From an uncultured Dehalococcoidaceae bacterium (GTDB taxonomy: Bacteria > Chloroflexota > Dehalococcoidia > Dehalococcoidales > RBG-16-60-22): a DNA stretch of 60,354 bases. The stretch lies in contig CAZQQL010000004.1 in assembly GCA_964595455.1 (NCBI GenBank), forward strand, positions 1 to 60,354, written 5' to 3'. Both the position numbers and the translations under genes were made by a program. The notes below the pieces were generated by a model that was given only the letters and a program-made list of their open reading frames with translations, was not told where the DNA came from and did no database searches. Positions 1 through 8,506 of this stretch are shown in pieces (the stretch's first letter is position 1; each line of letters starts with the position of its first letter).

Positions 1-297
1 CTGCATGTCATGCCTCTCTTGACCTTTCATGAAGGGGAAATCGTCAGGGCCGGACTGGTACGCGCCGTGAGTAAAGGCACGGACAGGATTTATGATTTCG
101 TGAAGAACAACACCCCGATAAAAGAACTGATGATTGTTCACAGTCAGGTCATCGACCAGGCGAAGCAACTAAAGCACCGTCTTGGTGAATTCATTCAGGA
201 AGAGAAAATTTCCATCGCCGAACTCGGCGCCGGGTTAGGGGTTCACGGAGGGCCGGGCGTCTTACTGGCGGCTATCCGACGGTCTCCCAACGCATAA
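1..297 (+). CDS. DegV (EDD-domain) fatty-acid-binding family protein, C-terminal part (5' truncated by the window edge)
   Basis: Frame is open from base 1. The C-terminal pattern ...IAELGAGLGVHGGPG matches the DegV end motif (IGxHxGPG). Confidence 0.8.
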   Translation: MHVMPLLTFHEGEIVRAGLVRAVSKGTDRIYDFVKNNTPIKELMIVHSQVIDQAKQLKHRLGEFIQEEKISIAELGAGLGVHGGPGVLLAAIRRSPNA

Positions 298-315
298 AAC
301 ATAGTGGAGAGAGAA

Positions 316-1293
316 ATGCTAGCCGCAGTAACAGGCGCCTCCGGGCATTTGGGAGCAAACCTGGTACGCTCCCTTATAGTTAAAAAATGGCGGGTACGAG
401 CGCTTGTTCATAACGATACGCGCGCTCTGGATGGGCTCGATATCGAACGTGTTCAGGGTGATGTCCTCGATAAAGAATCATTGATACGGGCATTTACCGG
501 CGCGGATGTGGTCTTTCACCTGGCCGGGCTGATATCGATCGTAAGCTGGGACCGTAAAGAGGTCGAAGCGGTAAACATCACCGGTGTGAAAAACGTGGTG
601 GAAGCATGCCAGTCCACCGGAGTGAAAAGGCTGCTGCATACCAGTTCGTTTCATGCGCACCAGCAGGAGCCTCTGGACAAACCACTCGATGAATCACGCC
701 CGCTTCATGACGGGACATATCCCCCCTATGATCATTCCAAGGCCGAGGGCGAAAGGGTTGTGAGGGCCGCCATCGGTCGAGGCATGGATGCGATAATCAT
801 CAATCCGGGAGGAATGCTGGGACCTAACGACTTTAAACCTTCATACTTTGGGACGACACTGTTATCCATGGCCAGGGGCAAACTACCGGCACTGGTTGAT
901 GCGGGGCTCTGCTGGGTTGATATCCGGGATGTTGCCGAAGGCATGATAACCGCCTGCGAGAATGCAAAACCGGGCACCAAGTATATATTAAGCGGTCAAT
1001 GGGTCACCCTGAAATACGTAGCCGAACAAGCAGCCGGCATTACCGGTGTAAAACCGCCGCGTATGGTAGTACCGATGTGGTTGGCCAAGGCTGGCGCTCC
1101 GATATCCATGCTGTTGGACCAGGTGAGAGGAAGGCAACCCGTGTTAACGCCGATATCCCTGAAAGAACTCGAGAGTAATCCCTTACTCAGCCATGAAAAG
1201 GCGAGCCGAGAGCTGGGATATCAACCACGCCCCATAGAGCAGGCATTAGCCGACACCATTGGCTGGTTCCGGTCTCATGGTTTCCTGGACTAG
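316..1293 (+). CDS. NAD-dependent epimerase/dehydratase (extended SDR; dihydroflavonol reductase/HpnA-like)
   Basis: Contains VTGASGHLG Rossmann motif, VFHLAG, HTSS and YDHSK (YxxxK). ATG at 316 follows GGAGAG; the track's GTG at 304 is an alternative start. Confidence 0.9.
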   Translation: MLAAVTGASGHLGANLVRSLIVKKWRVRALVHNDTRALDGLDIERVQGDVLDKESLIRAFTGADVVFHLAGLISIVSWDRKEVEAVNITGVKNVVEACQSTGVKRLLHTSSFHAHQQEPLDKPLDESRPLHDGTYPPYDHSKAEGERVVRAAIGRGMDAIIINPGGMLGPNDFKPSYFGTTLLSMARGKLPALVDAGLCWVDIRDVAEGMITACENAKPGTKYILSGQWVTLKYVAEQAAGITGVKPPRMVVPMWLAKAGAPISMLLDQVRGRQPVLTPISLKELESNPLLSHEKASRELGYQPRPIEQALADTIGWFRSHGFLD

Positions 1294-1331
1294 AGCTACC
1301 TGCAAATCTTCATTATTAAGGAAGTGGCATT

Positions 1332-1865
1332 ATGACTTCACAACACATCATTCTTCTTATCATCAACGTCATCGGGGGAGCTGCGGTTATCGGCAGCTAT
1401 ATCTTCGGCCTTAACGCGCAGTCGGGCGGGGCCAACGTACTGTGGGGAGGTGTTCCAGCGAATATCAGGCCGGTCTATACGGTTTCGATGATCCTCTCCG
1501 CCCTCGGTTATTTCGCCTTCCTGTTTTACATCTTCTTCCGGCTGGAACCTGCACAGGTGAGTATCTGGGGCGTTGCCGGCTTTACCCTTTTCTACGTGAT
1601 ATTCATCTTCATGCTGATACCCTCCGCCTTTTGGATGCCGCTGACAAACGTCTATGCCGGTAATCCGGCCGCGGGGATGTGGTTCCTGGTTCGGACCGTT
1701 TTGTTTATTGTCGGCCTGGCTTCGCTGGCCCTTTTCGTGGCGTTACTGACACTACAGGGCAAGGTTCCCGGAACCTCGTATTGGCTGGCGGTCATCGGCA
1801 GCGGGTACTTCGCTTTCCATACGCTGGTGCTCGATGCCTTCATCTGGGCGGCGCTGTTCAAATAG
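1332..1865 (+). CDS. Hypothetical integral membrane protein (~5 TM)
   Basis: 177-aa ORF with an AAGGAAG RBS-like sequence upstream and several long hydrophobic segments. Confidence 0.75.
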   Translation: MTSQHIILLIINVIGGAAVIGSYIFGLNAQSGGANVLWGGVPANIRPVYTVSMILSALGYFAFLFYIFFRLEPAQVSIWGVAGFTLFYVIFIFMLIPSAFWMPLTNVYAGNPAAGMWFLVRTVLFIVGLASLALFVALLTLQGKVPGTSYWLAVIGSGYFAFHTLVLDAFIWAALFK

Positions 1866-1891
1866 AAGTCAAGAACATTCCCTTACAGCCC

Positions 1892-2194
1892 TTACCTGGT
1901 TGGGCCGGGATTCTTGATGAACAAAGCCGCTGCGGCCCCCGCCAGGCAGAATATCGCTGCTACTATCATGGCCGTGTTCAGGCTGCCGGCAAACTCGTTG
2001 GTGAACATGCGCACCATGGCCGCCTGTGCTATCGTTATTTTTACCTGGTCCGGTATGCCGGCCGTGCTGTTCACGGCTGAAATGAGTCCGCCGGCCAGCC
2101 GCGACTGAAGAACCGCGCCGAGGACGGCAATGCCGAGCAGGCTGCCGATTTTCCGCATCGAATGTCCATATCGCGTCTTGATGTGATTACCCAA
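1892..2194 (-). pseudogene. C-terminal remnant of a DHA2-type MFS efflux transporter
   Basis: RKIGSLLGIAVLGAVL and a final TM (FAGSLNTAMIVAAIFCLAGAAAALFI) resemble the last helices of 14-TM MFS pumps. No upstream body of the gene is present. Confidence 0.6.
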
Positions 2195-2227
2195 AAAGCG
2201 CCGCTTCTTATTCCGGCGTTGTTTGGG
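2190..2227. terminator. Stem-loop at the junction between the MFS remnant and the GNAT gene
   Basis: CCCAAA-AAGCGCCG ... CGGCGTT-G-TTTGGG inverted repeat. Confidence 0.4.
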
Positions 2228-2320
2228 TCAGACGACTATGGTATAACGGGAAAGAAGTTAATCGTTGGTTTTTGTTAACTGGACAAGCGAACGTTTTTTC
2301 ATGTTTGACAGGGTACAGAG

Positions 2321-2767
2321 ATGACGGAAGTCACAATCGTAGAGAGCAATAAAAAGGATTTCCTTGATTTACTCTTATTAGCCGATGAACAGGAATCCAT
2401 GATAGACAAATATCTGGAACGAGGTGAGCTTTTTGCCTTATACGATGGTGACTTGAAAAGTGTTTGCGTAGTTACGCGGGAAAGCGATGATGTTTGCGAG
2501 CTAAAAAATATAGCCACTGATAAAAATTGGCAAGGTAAAGGGTATGGAAGCAAGCTTTTAAACCACATATTCTCGCATTACAAGGGCAGGTATCGGGGAA
2601 TGCTTGTGGGAACAGGCGACATCCCATGGATACTGCAGTTTTATCAAAAAAACGGTTTCAGGATTTCGCACAGGATAAAAGATTTTTTCACAGACAACTA
2701 CGACCACCCCATATTTGACGGTGGTATTCAATTAGTAGATATGGTTTACTTGAAACGAAGCCTTTAA
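2321..2767 (+). CDS. GNAT family N-acetyltransferase
   Basis: Contains the acetyl-CoA motif A QGKGYG, plus LVGTG and FYQKNGF. Confidence 0.92.
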   Translation: MTEVTIVESNKKDFLDLLLLADEQESMIDKYLERGELFALYDGDLKSVCVVTRESDDVCELKNIATDKNWQGKGYGSKLLNHIFSHYKGRYRGMLVGTGDIPWILQFYQKNGFRISHRIKDFFTDNYDHPIFDGGIQLVDMVYLKRSL

Positions 2768-2937
2768 GCATGCTATGCAGCCGCCATCAATCGCGCTTTG
2801 AGGTTTGCCGCTTTTGCCGCATTTTTGTAAGAACAGAAAGAGAAATCAACGATACTGAGTTTGAAGACCGCCTCGAGGCTTTTGCTGGTGCTACCTGTCG
2901 ATACCTCAGCTCCACGAGTGCGATATAGCGAAAAACA

Positions 2938-4170
2938 CTAAGAATGCTGAGCAAGAAACCGTTCGTCCTCTTCGAGATAATACAGCCAGGTATTGCGTGA
3001 CATGAGACAAATATCCGTATCAAACAGCTTCTTAAGTATCTCCCTTCTCTGCCGGCGGGCGGGCACGTATTCATAATCCAATTTTAGAATGATATCCAAC
3101 GTCTCAAGCGCCAGTTGCAACTGTCCATCGGCAGTGAGTTTCTTCGCCGTTCTTACAATGGCTTCATCATCGCCTATGAGACCACGTACCACTCCGGATA
3201 TCTCTTTTTTCGGCCGGGGCAGGAGGCTGGAAGGGGAAAAATCAAAGTACCCGCAATACCGTTTCCATATGTTGTGGATGGCAAACTCCCGCCGTGAGTA
3301 TATCTGCTGTAAATTCGGGCTTTTTTCCAGGTGAGGGGGAAGCTGGATTTCTTCCGTCATCTGTTCAAGATTTTTGCCTTCATTGATTGCTTTTACTACC
3401 GAATCCTGGAGATATCTCAGGAGTTCGATATTCTCGCGGAGCACTTCAAGTATCTTCTCCCTGGTAATAAGGACGACATCGCCGCCGACAGCAATGTCCG
3501 GGTCAAGCGCGAGCACTCTTTCCAAGGCAACAGCCCATTCCTCAGCGTACCGCTGGACTTTAAAGGGATTTCCAAGATTGGGAAACGAAGCTTCCAGTAA
3601 GTCCCCGCAGAACACGGTTTTCTCTTCCGGTATCCAGACGAGTGTGTGGTCATCCGTCTCCCCCTTTCCATGAAACAGATAAAAAGTCTTACCTCCCAGC
3701 CGGAATGTATACTCGTCCGAGTAGGTATCAGTAGGATAAATGAACGGGTACTTCGGCATGAGCTCGCTTTTCAGGTCAAAGTGTATCTGGATTTTCATGA
3801 TCCTGTTGATGTATTCTGCCGTCAACTCGTGGCGTTTGAACCGGGATATCAGGTTCTCATGAGCAAGTATCCTGGGATTGTTCTCCATAAACGCATAGGT
3901 GCCCCGGGAATGATCAGCGTGACCGTGGGTATATATCACGTATTTCACGGGCCTATCAGTTTCTCTGGCGATTTCCTCCTTGATGAGCGAACTGTGAAAC
4001 GGTTCGCCGGTATCGATGACGACCACGCCGTCATCCGTAATAACCCAGCTTGCATAAGCGTAGTGAGATTCCTGGTGTAAATTGCATTGTACCGTGCGTA
4101 TACTGTCAGTTAAATTGTGCACCTCGAGCTTGTCAGGAAATGCGGATAACCCTGTTTTTCTTTCCAGCAT
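2938..4170 (-). CDS. Metallo-beta-lactamase-fold hydrolase, alkyl/aryl-sulfatase type
   Basis: Contains VVIDTG, the HTHGHADH metal motif, GKGETDDH and a C-terminal helical dimerisation-like region. Confidence 0.85.
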   Translation of the reverse strand: MLERKTGLSAFPDKLEVHNLTDSIRTVQCNLHQESHYAYASWVITDDGVVVIDTGEPFHSSLIKEEIARETDRPVKYVIYTHGHADHSRGTYAFMENNPRILAHENLISRFKRHELTAEYINRIMKIQIHFDLKSELMPKYPFIYPTDTYSDEYTFRLGGKTFYLFHGKGETDDHTLVWIPEEKTVFCGDLLEASFPNLGNPFKVQRYAEEWAVALERVLALDPDIAVGGDVVLITREKILEVLRENIELLRYLQDSVVKAINEGKNLEQMTEEIQLPPHLEKSPNLQQIYSRREFAIHNIWKRYCGYFDFSPSSLLPRPKKEISGVVRGLIGDDEAIVRTAKKLTADGQLQLALETLDIILKLDYEYVPARRQRREILKKLFDTDICLMSRNTWLYYLEEDERFLAQHS

Positions 4171-4464
4171 ATTCTCCTCCTGATATTAAAGGCGATTGTT
4201 ACCCGTAATATACCCCCAGGATGAAGCGAATGTCCACCCAGGAGGTGTAAATCATCGCTGTTCGGTCGATTAGTTTGTCGATCTGCTGTCTCATATTCTA
4301 ATGGCGAGAGTGATATCGAAACCCTTGCCACTATTACCTGGTGTTATCTCAGCTCCACCATACCGGCAGATAACCGGTACCGCTTTTCCGGACCAATCCA
4401 CCACAATTGTGTTATACTATTAACACCACTACGACCAATGTCCTATCCACGAGTCAAGAGTTGA

Positions 4465-7074
4465 GTGAGGGGCCTCATGGAAACTCCGTTACTCGTGACC
4501 AAGCTTGTTGTCCCGCCAGCCCGGCCGGGCCTGGTGCCACGTTCGCACTTGACGGACAGACTAACGGAAGGCCTCGGTTTCAGCCTCGTACTCGTGTCCG
4601 CGCCGGCCGGCTTCGGTAAGACCACGCTGCTGAGCGACTGGGCGCGCTCCGGCCAGTCCGGGGTGCGCACGGCCTGGGTCTCGCTCGATGATGGAGACAA
4701 TGATCCTGTCCGATTCTGGGACTACTTTCTCGCCGCCCTGCGGACCATTCACCCCGGTTGCGGGGAAAGGGCCCTTCCCTGGCTGCATTCACCCCAGCCG
4801 CCCCCTATCGAATCTATCCTGGCCATACTGATCAACGATCTTTCCAAAGCTCCGGGTAAGCTGGCTATCATTCTTGATGACTATCACCTTATCCGGTCGC
4901 AGCAGATACATGACGGTATCGCCTACTTCATCGAGCACCTGCCTTCCCATATCCGTCTGGTGATCGCCGCCCGGGCCGACCCGCCGCTACAACTGGCGCA
5001 CTTCCGCGGCAAAGGCATGCTGCTTGAAGTACGTACCGATGACCTGCGCTTTTCTCTTGACGATGCCGCGAGCTTGCTGAAGGAAATGAAAGCATCCGAA
5101 CTCTCCGACACAGACATTGCCGCCCTTAATGAACGCACCGAAGGATGGGCGATAGGTTTGAAAATGGCTGCTCTTTCCATGAAGGGACAGAATGACGTCC
5201 CCGGTTTCATCAACGCCTTCACCGGCAGCCAGCGCTATATCATGGACTACCTGATGGAAGAGGTGCTTCAGAAGCAGACGCAGGAACTGAAGGAGTTCCT
5301 GCTCAAGACCTCGGTGCTTGACCGGCTCACCGGCCCACTCTGTGATGAGCTGACCGGACGGAGCAACAGCCGGGATATGCTCATCGCTCTTGAACGCGGG
5401 CACCTGTTCATCGTACCACTGGACGAGGAGCGGCAATGGTACCGCTACGAACACCTCTTCGCCGACCTGCTGCGACACCAATGCGAAACGGCCCAAGGAA
5501 CGGAATACGTTGCTGGTTTACACCGCCGGGCGAGCCAGTGGTACGAAGATAGTAACCTGCCCGATGAAGCCATCCATCATGCCCTGACGGCCGAAGACTG
5601 GCAGCGCGCGCTGAGACTCATAGATGCTTATCATGAAGCACGCTGGAAACGCGGGGAGTTCAACACACTGCTCGGTTGGTTACAGCCAATTCCTCATGAC
5701 ATTTTTCGTGAACATCATCATCTTTACAGCCTTTATGCCTCAATCCTGGCTTCAGCAGGTCGTTTGGAAGAGGCCGAGGAGGCTCTCGGATATCTGGAAG
5801 CAGTCGGCCAGGATGATACAATCAGGGCAAGCGTCGCCTTTGCGCGGGGAATCCTGTACAAATACCAGGGGGATATCCGTTGCATTGAATTGCTGGAGAA
5901 GGCGTTCAAGCTGTTGCCACGTGACGATATTGCCATGCGTAGCCGGGTAGCCGTGAATATCGCCCATGCACGTCAACGCCACGGACCGCTCCGGGAAGCC
6001 GAAAAATGGGCGACGATTGCCTGTGAACTGGGTAAGCAGGCTGGTGATATCCTGGGCGTTGCACAAACCCTGAGCCAACTGGCGATCATTGCCGCGTATC
6101 AGGGGAAGCTGAAGCGGGCTGCTGCGTTATTCGAGACATCCAATCAATTCAATGAAAAGAACGGACTGGGAGCAGCAGATTACGGCTTGTTATGCTGGGT
6201 CCACTATTTCTTAAATAACCTGGATACCGCCATTGAAAACGCCATGCTAGGTGACACACAGGACAAACCGGACTTAGTGGCGCTTTTTGTCCAAGCCATG
6301 ATATGCCTGGCAAGAGGCGACACGACCGGAGCGGAAATAGCGATAACCAGACTGGACCAGGTCCAGCTCGATCCGACGATTGATTCTACCTGGCATGCAT
6401 GGTATATTGCTAGTCGCGTTTTGTATTGCTTACGACTCGGAAACCAGGATGAAGCCGCCAGATGGGGTGAGCGGTTACCGGATTATCATGCTCTGTTTGT
6501 CAACATCCGCTATATCCCGGCGCGGCTGCTGCTGACACAGGGCAGGAAAGAAGCAGCGGTCGCCTTTCTGCGGGAAATCTACGATGACGCCGCACGGTTT
6601 GGAGCGAGGCTGGCTGAAAATCATATACGAATCTACCAGGCACTGGCGGCAGATGACGAGGAACAGGCGCTGGCGTTCCTCACTGAAGCGCTGACCATGG
6701 CGGAGCCGGAAGGCATCATCCGCTTCTTCGTTGACGAAGGCAGACCGCTTAAACCGCTTCTTGATAAAGCCCTGGACCGGGGAATCACGCCTGAATTCAC
6801 ACGGAGGTTGCTTGATATCATCGACGATGAAGAGCGGCAAAGGCAGGCAGCAACAAGAACCGCCGTACCCACGCCGCCGCCCGGCATCCTCAGTGCACGG
6901 GAACTGGAAATCCTCCGTCTCCTTACTGATAACGTCTCCAACCAACAAATAGCCGCCAGCCTGAGCATCAGCCTTGGTACCGTCAAAACACACGTCCACC
7001 ACATTATTGAAAAACTGGAAGTGAAGGACCGCCGCCAGGCTGTCCAACGGGCCAGGGAACTCAAGCTGATGTAA
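4465..7074 (+). CDS. MalT-like (LAL/STAND) ATP-dependent transcriptional regulator with C-terminal LuxR HTH
   Basis: 869 aa with Walker A APAGFGKT, ILDDYH, YRYEHLF, a TPR-like middle region and a C-terminal LSARELEILRLL...SNQQIA..LSISLGTVKTHVHHI HTH. Confidence 0.95.
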   Translation: MRGLMETPLLVTKLVVPPARPGLVPRSHLTDRLTEGLGFSLVLVSAPAGFGKTTLLSDWARSGQSGVRTAWVSLDDGDNDPVRFWDYFLAALRTIHPGCGERALPWLHSPQPPPIESILAILINDLSKAPGKLAIILDDYHLIRSQQIHDGIAYFIEHLPSHIRLVIAARADPPLQLAHFRGKGMLLEVRTDDLRFSLDDAASLLKEMKASELSDTDIAALNERTEGWAIGLKMAALSMKGQNDVPGFINAFTGSQRYIMDYLMEEVLQKQTQELKEFLLKTSVLDRLTGPLCDELTGRSNSRDMLIALERGHLFIVPLDEERQWYRYEHLFADLLRHQCETAQGTEYVAGLHRRASQWYEDSNLPDEAIHHALTAEDWQRALRLIDAYHEARWKRGEFNTLLGWLQPIPHDIFREHHHLYSLYASILASAGRLEEAEEALGYLEAVGQDDTIRASVAFARGILYKYQGDIRCIELLEKAFKLLPRDDIAMRSRVAVNIAHARQRHGPLREAEKWATIACELGKQAGDILGVAQTLSQLAIIAAYQGKLKRAAALFETSNQFNEKNGLGAADYGLLCWVHYFLNNLDTAIENAMLGDTQDKPDLVALFVQAMICLARGDTTGAEIAITRLDQVQLDPTIDSTWHAWYIASRVLYCLRLGNQDEAARWGERLPDYHALFVNIRYIPARLLLTQGRKEAAVAFLREIYDDAARFGARLAENHIRIYQALAADDEEQALAFLTEALTMAEPEGIIRFFVDEGRPLKPLLDKALDRGITPEFTRRLLDIIDDEERQRQAATRTAVPTPPPGILSARELEILRLLTDNVSNQQIAASLSISLGTVKTHVHHIIEKLEVKDRRQAVQRARELKLM

Positions 7075-7103
7075 TTCCGCTGTTTACTATCTCAACCCTC
7101 AAA

Positions 7104-7148
7104 AAATCCATCTCTTAAATCTATCCTCAAATCTATCCCAGATAGATT
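7104..7148. promoter_or_regulatory. Candidate operator: direct and inverted AAATC(T/C)ATC boxes
   Basis: AAATCCATCT at 7104-7113, AAATCTATCC at 7117-7126 and AAATCTATCC at 7129-7138. GATAGATT at 7141-7148 is the reverse complement of AATCTATC. Confidence 0.55.
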
Positions 7149-7195
7149 ACAGGCGTCTTTTTCATTGCTAGCATGAACGTGTCGGGTAATTCCGC

Positions 7196-7435
7196 ATGAG
7201 GGCAGCGATGCAAGAGATAGAAATCCGGGTCAAGGGACATGTCGATAAGGATTGGTCGGATTGGTTCGATGGGTTCGACATCACCCATCCTGCATCCAAT
7301 GAAACCAGACTGGACGGACGGGTCCGAGACCAGGCGGAACTCCGCGGGATATTGTCCCGCCTCGCCGACCTGGGCCTCGAACTGGTATCCGTAAACACCT
7401 TCCCGCATTCCCGGAAACCGAACAAGAGGAGGTGA
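7196..7435 (+). CDS. Small conserved protein of the type found downstream of MalT-like regulators (predicted ferredoxin/ACT-like fold)
   Basis: EIRVKGH..KDWSDWFDG...T.L.G.VRDQAELRGIL..L.DLGLELVSV pattern. The start may be ATG 7208. Confidence 0.8.
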   Translation: MRAAMQEIEIRVKGHVDKDWSDWFDGFDITHPASNETRLDGRVRDQAELRGILSRLADLGLELVSVNTFPHSRKPNKRR

Positions 7436-7509
7436 TCAGCATATAGGGATTAGTACACTGTCCCGGATGGGAAAACGCTAAAAGATAAAGACAAAAAAGG
7501 AGGCTACCA

Positions 7510-8424
7510 ATGAAAAAGCTGGTATGCTTTGTAGTAACAATATTCCTGATCTCCATCTACGTGGTACCGGGAGCCGCTCTGGGCGCCGCAACAACACCGG
7601 TACACGGGGACGTCTCAATGACGTCTGGGTACCTCGTCATCGATAGTTATTCCGGAACCCGGGTGAGCGGTCACATGGAGAGGACTTTTGTTTTCTCCGG
7701 AGACCTGAAAGGCACGGCTAAAGAAACCCTGTTCGTGACGCTTCCAGCAGCGAACAAGGATTCCATACTCGGGCAGGGAGAGATGACCTTTACCGGCAGC
7801 GTGCCCGGCGGCGAGAAGAGCAGTTTTCAATGCCATGCCGTCCATCGCCGCCCGGGTTCAACCAATGATCTTTGTGAGAGGTGCGAACTCACGTTCTCCG
7901 CTTCGGGCAATAACGGAACTGTCTCGGGCATGATAATTGTCGAGGTTGTTTACCACGATGGTTCCGGCTGGGAAGGTACCTATGATGGTAAAATCCAGTG
8001 CCAGAGCCAGACTGAAGACAACAAGGCACTCGTGGTCCGTTACTTTCAAGCTCAAGCCGAAGGAGATGCAGATACCATCGCTCAAACATTCGCGCCGGAC
8101 TATAAACGATACCTCTCGGCTGCCGCTCCGCCGCTCGATGCCGCCGGACAGATGAAGAGAATGGCGGGTTTACGCGCTGCCTTCCCTGACCTTAACGGCA
8201 CAGTCGACGCCATGATTGCCGAAGGTGATACAGTGGTCGCCCAACTGACCATTCAGGGTACGCACCAGGGCGAGTTTATGGGCATCGCTCCGACGGGCAA
8301 GACATTCAAGAGCCGGGTTATCGAGATCATCCGCATCGAGGACGGAAAATTCGTTAAACACTGGGGCGGCCCGGACACTTATGACATCCTGCAGCAACTG
8401 GGCGTATTTTCAACCGGGCAATAA
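7510..8424 (+). CDS. Exported protein: signal peptide, beta-rich domain and C-terminal SnoaL-like ester cyclase domain
   Basis: AGGAGG RBS and an MKKLVCFVVTIFLISIYVVPGAALG signal-like N-terminus. The C-terminus has AFPDL...IAEGD.V......GTHQGEFMGIAPTGK......IEIIRIEDGKFVKHW. Confidence 0.85.
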   Translation: MKKLVCFVVTIFLISIYVVPGAALGAATTPVHGDVSMTSGYLVIDSYSGTRVSGHMERTFVFSGDLKGTAKETLFVTLPAANKDSILGQGEMTFTGSVPGGEKSSFQCHAVHRRPGSTNDLCERCELTFSASGNNGTVSGMIIVEVVYHDGSGWEGTYDGKIQCQSQTEDNKALVVRYFQAQAEGDADTIAQTFAPDYKRYLSAAAPPLDAAGQMKRMAGLRAAFPDLNGTVDAMIAEGDTVVAQLTIQGTHQGEFMGIAPTGKTFKSRVIEIIRIEDGKFVKHWGGPDTYDILQQLGVFSTGQ

Positions 8425-8440
8425 AGGTACCCCCAAAAAA

Positions 8441-8488
8441 GCGGACCTCACCGGCACATTCTCGACGAACATGACCGATGAGGTCCGT
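8441..8488. terminator. Probable bidirectional terminator between convergent genes
   Basis: GCGGACCTCA ... TGAGGTCCGT inverted repeat preceded by an A-run. Confidence 0.55.
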
Positions 8489-8506
8489 ACCTTTCAACGC
8501 TGAGTC

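Noticed and set aside
7104-7148. CRISPR-like repeat array
   Set aside because: Repeats are 10 nt with 2-3-nt gaps, there are no spacers, and no cas genes occur in the window.
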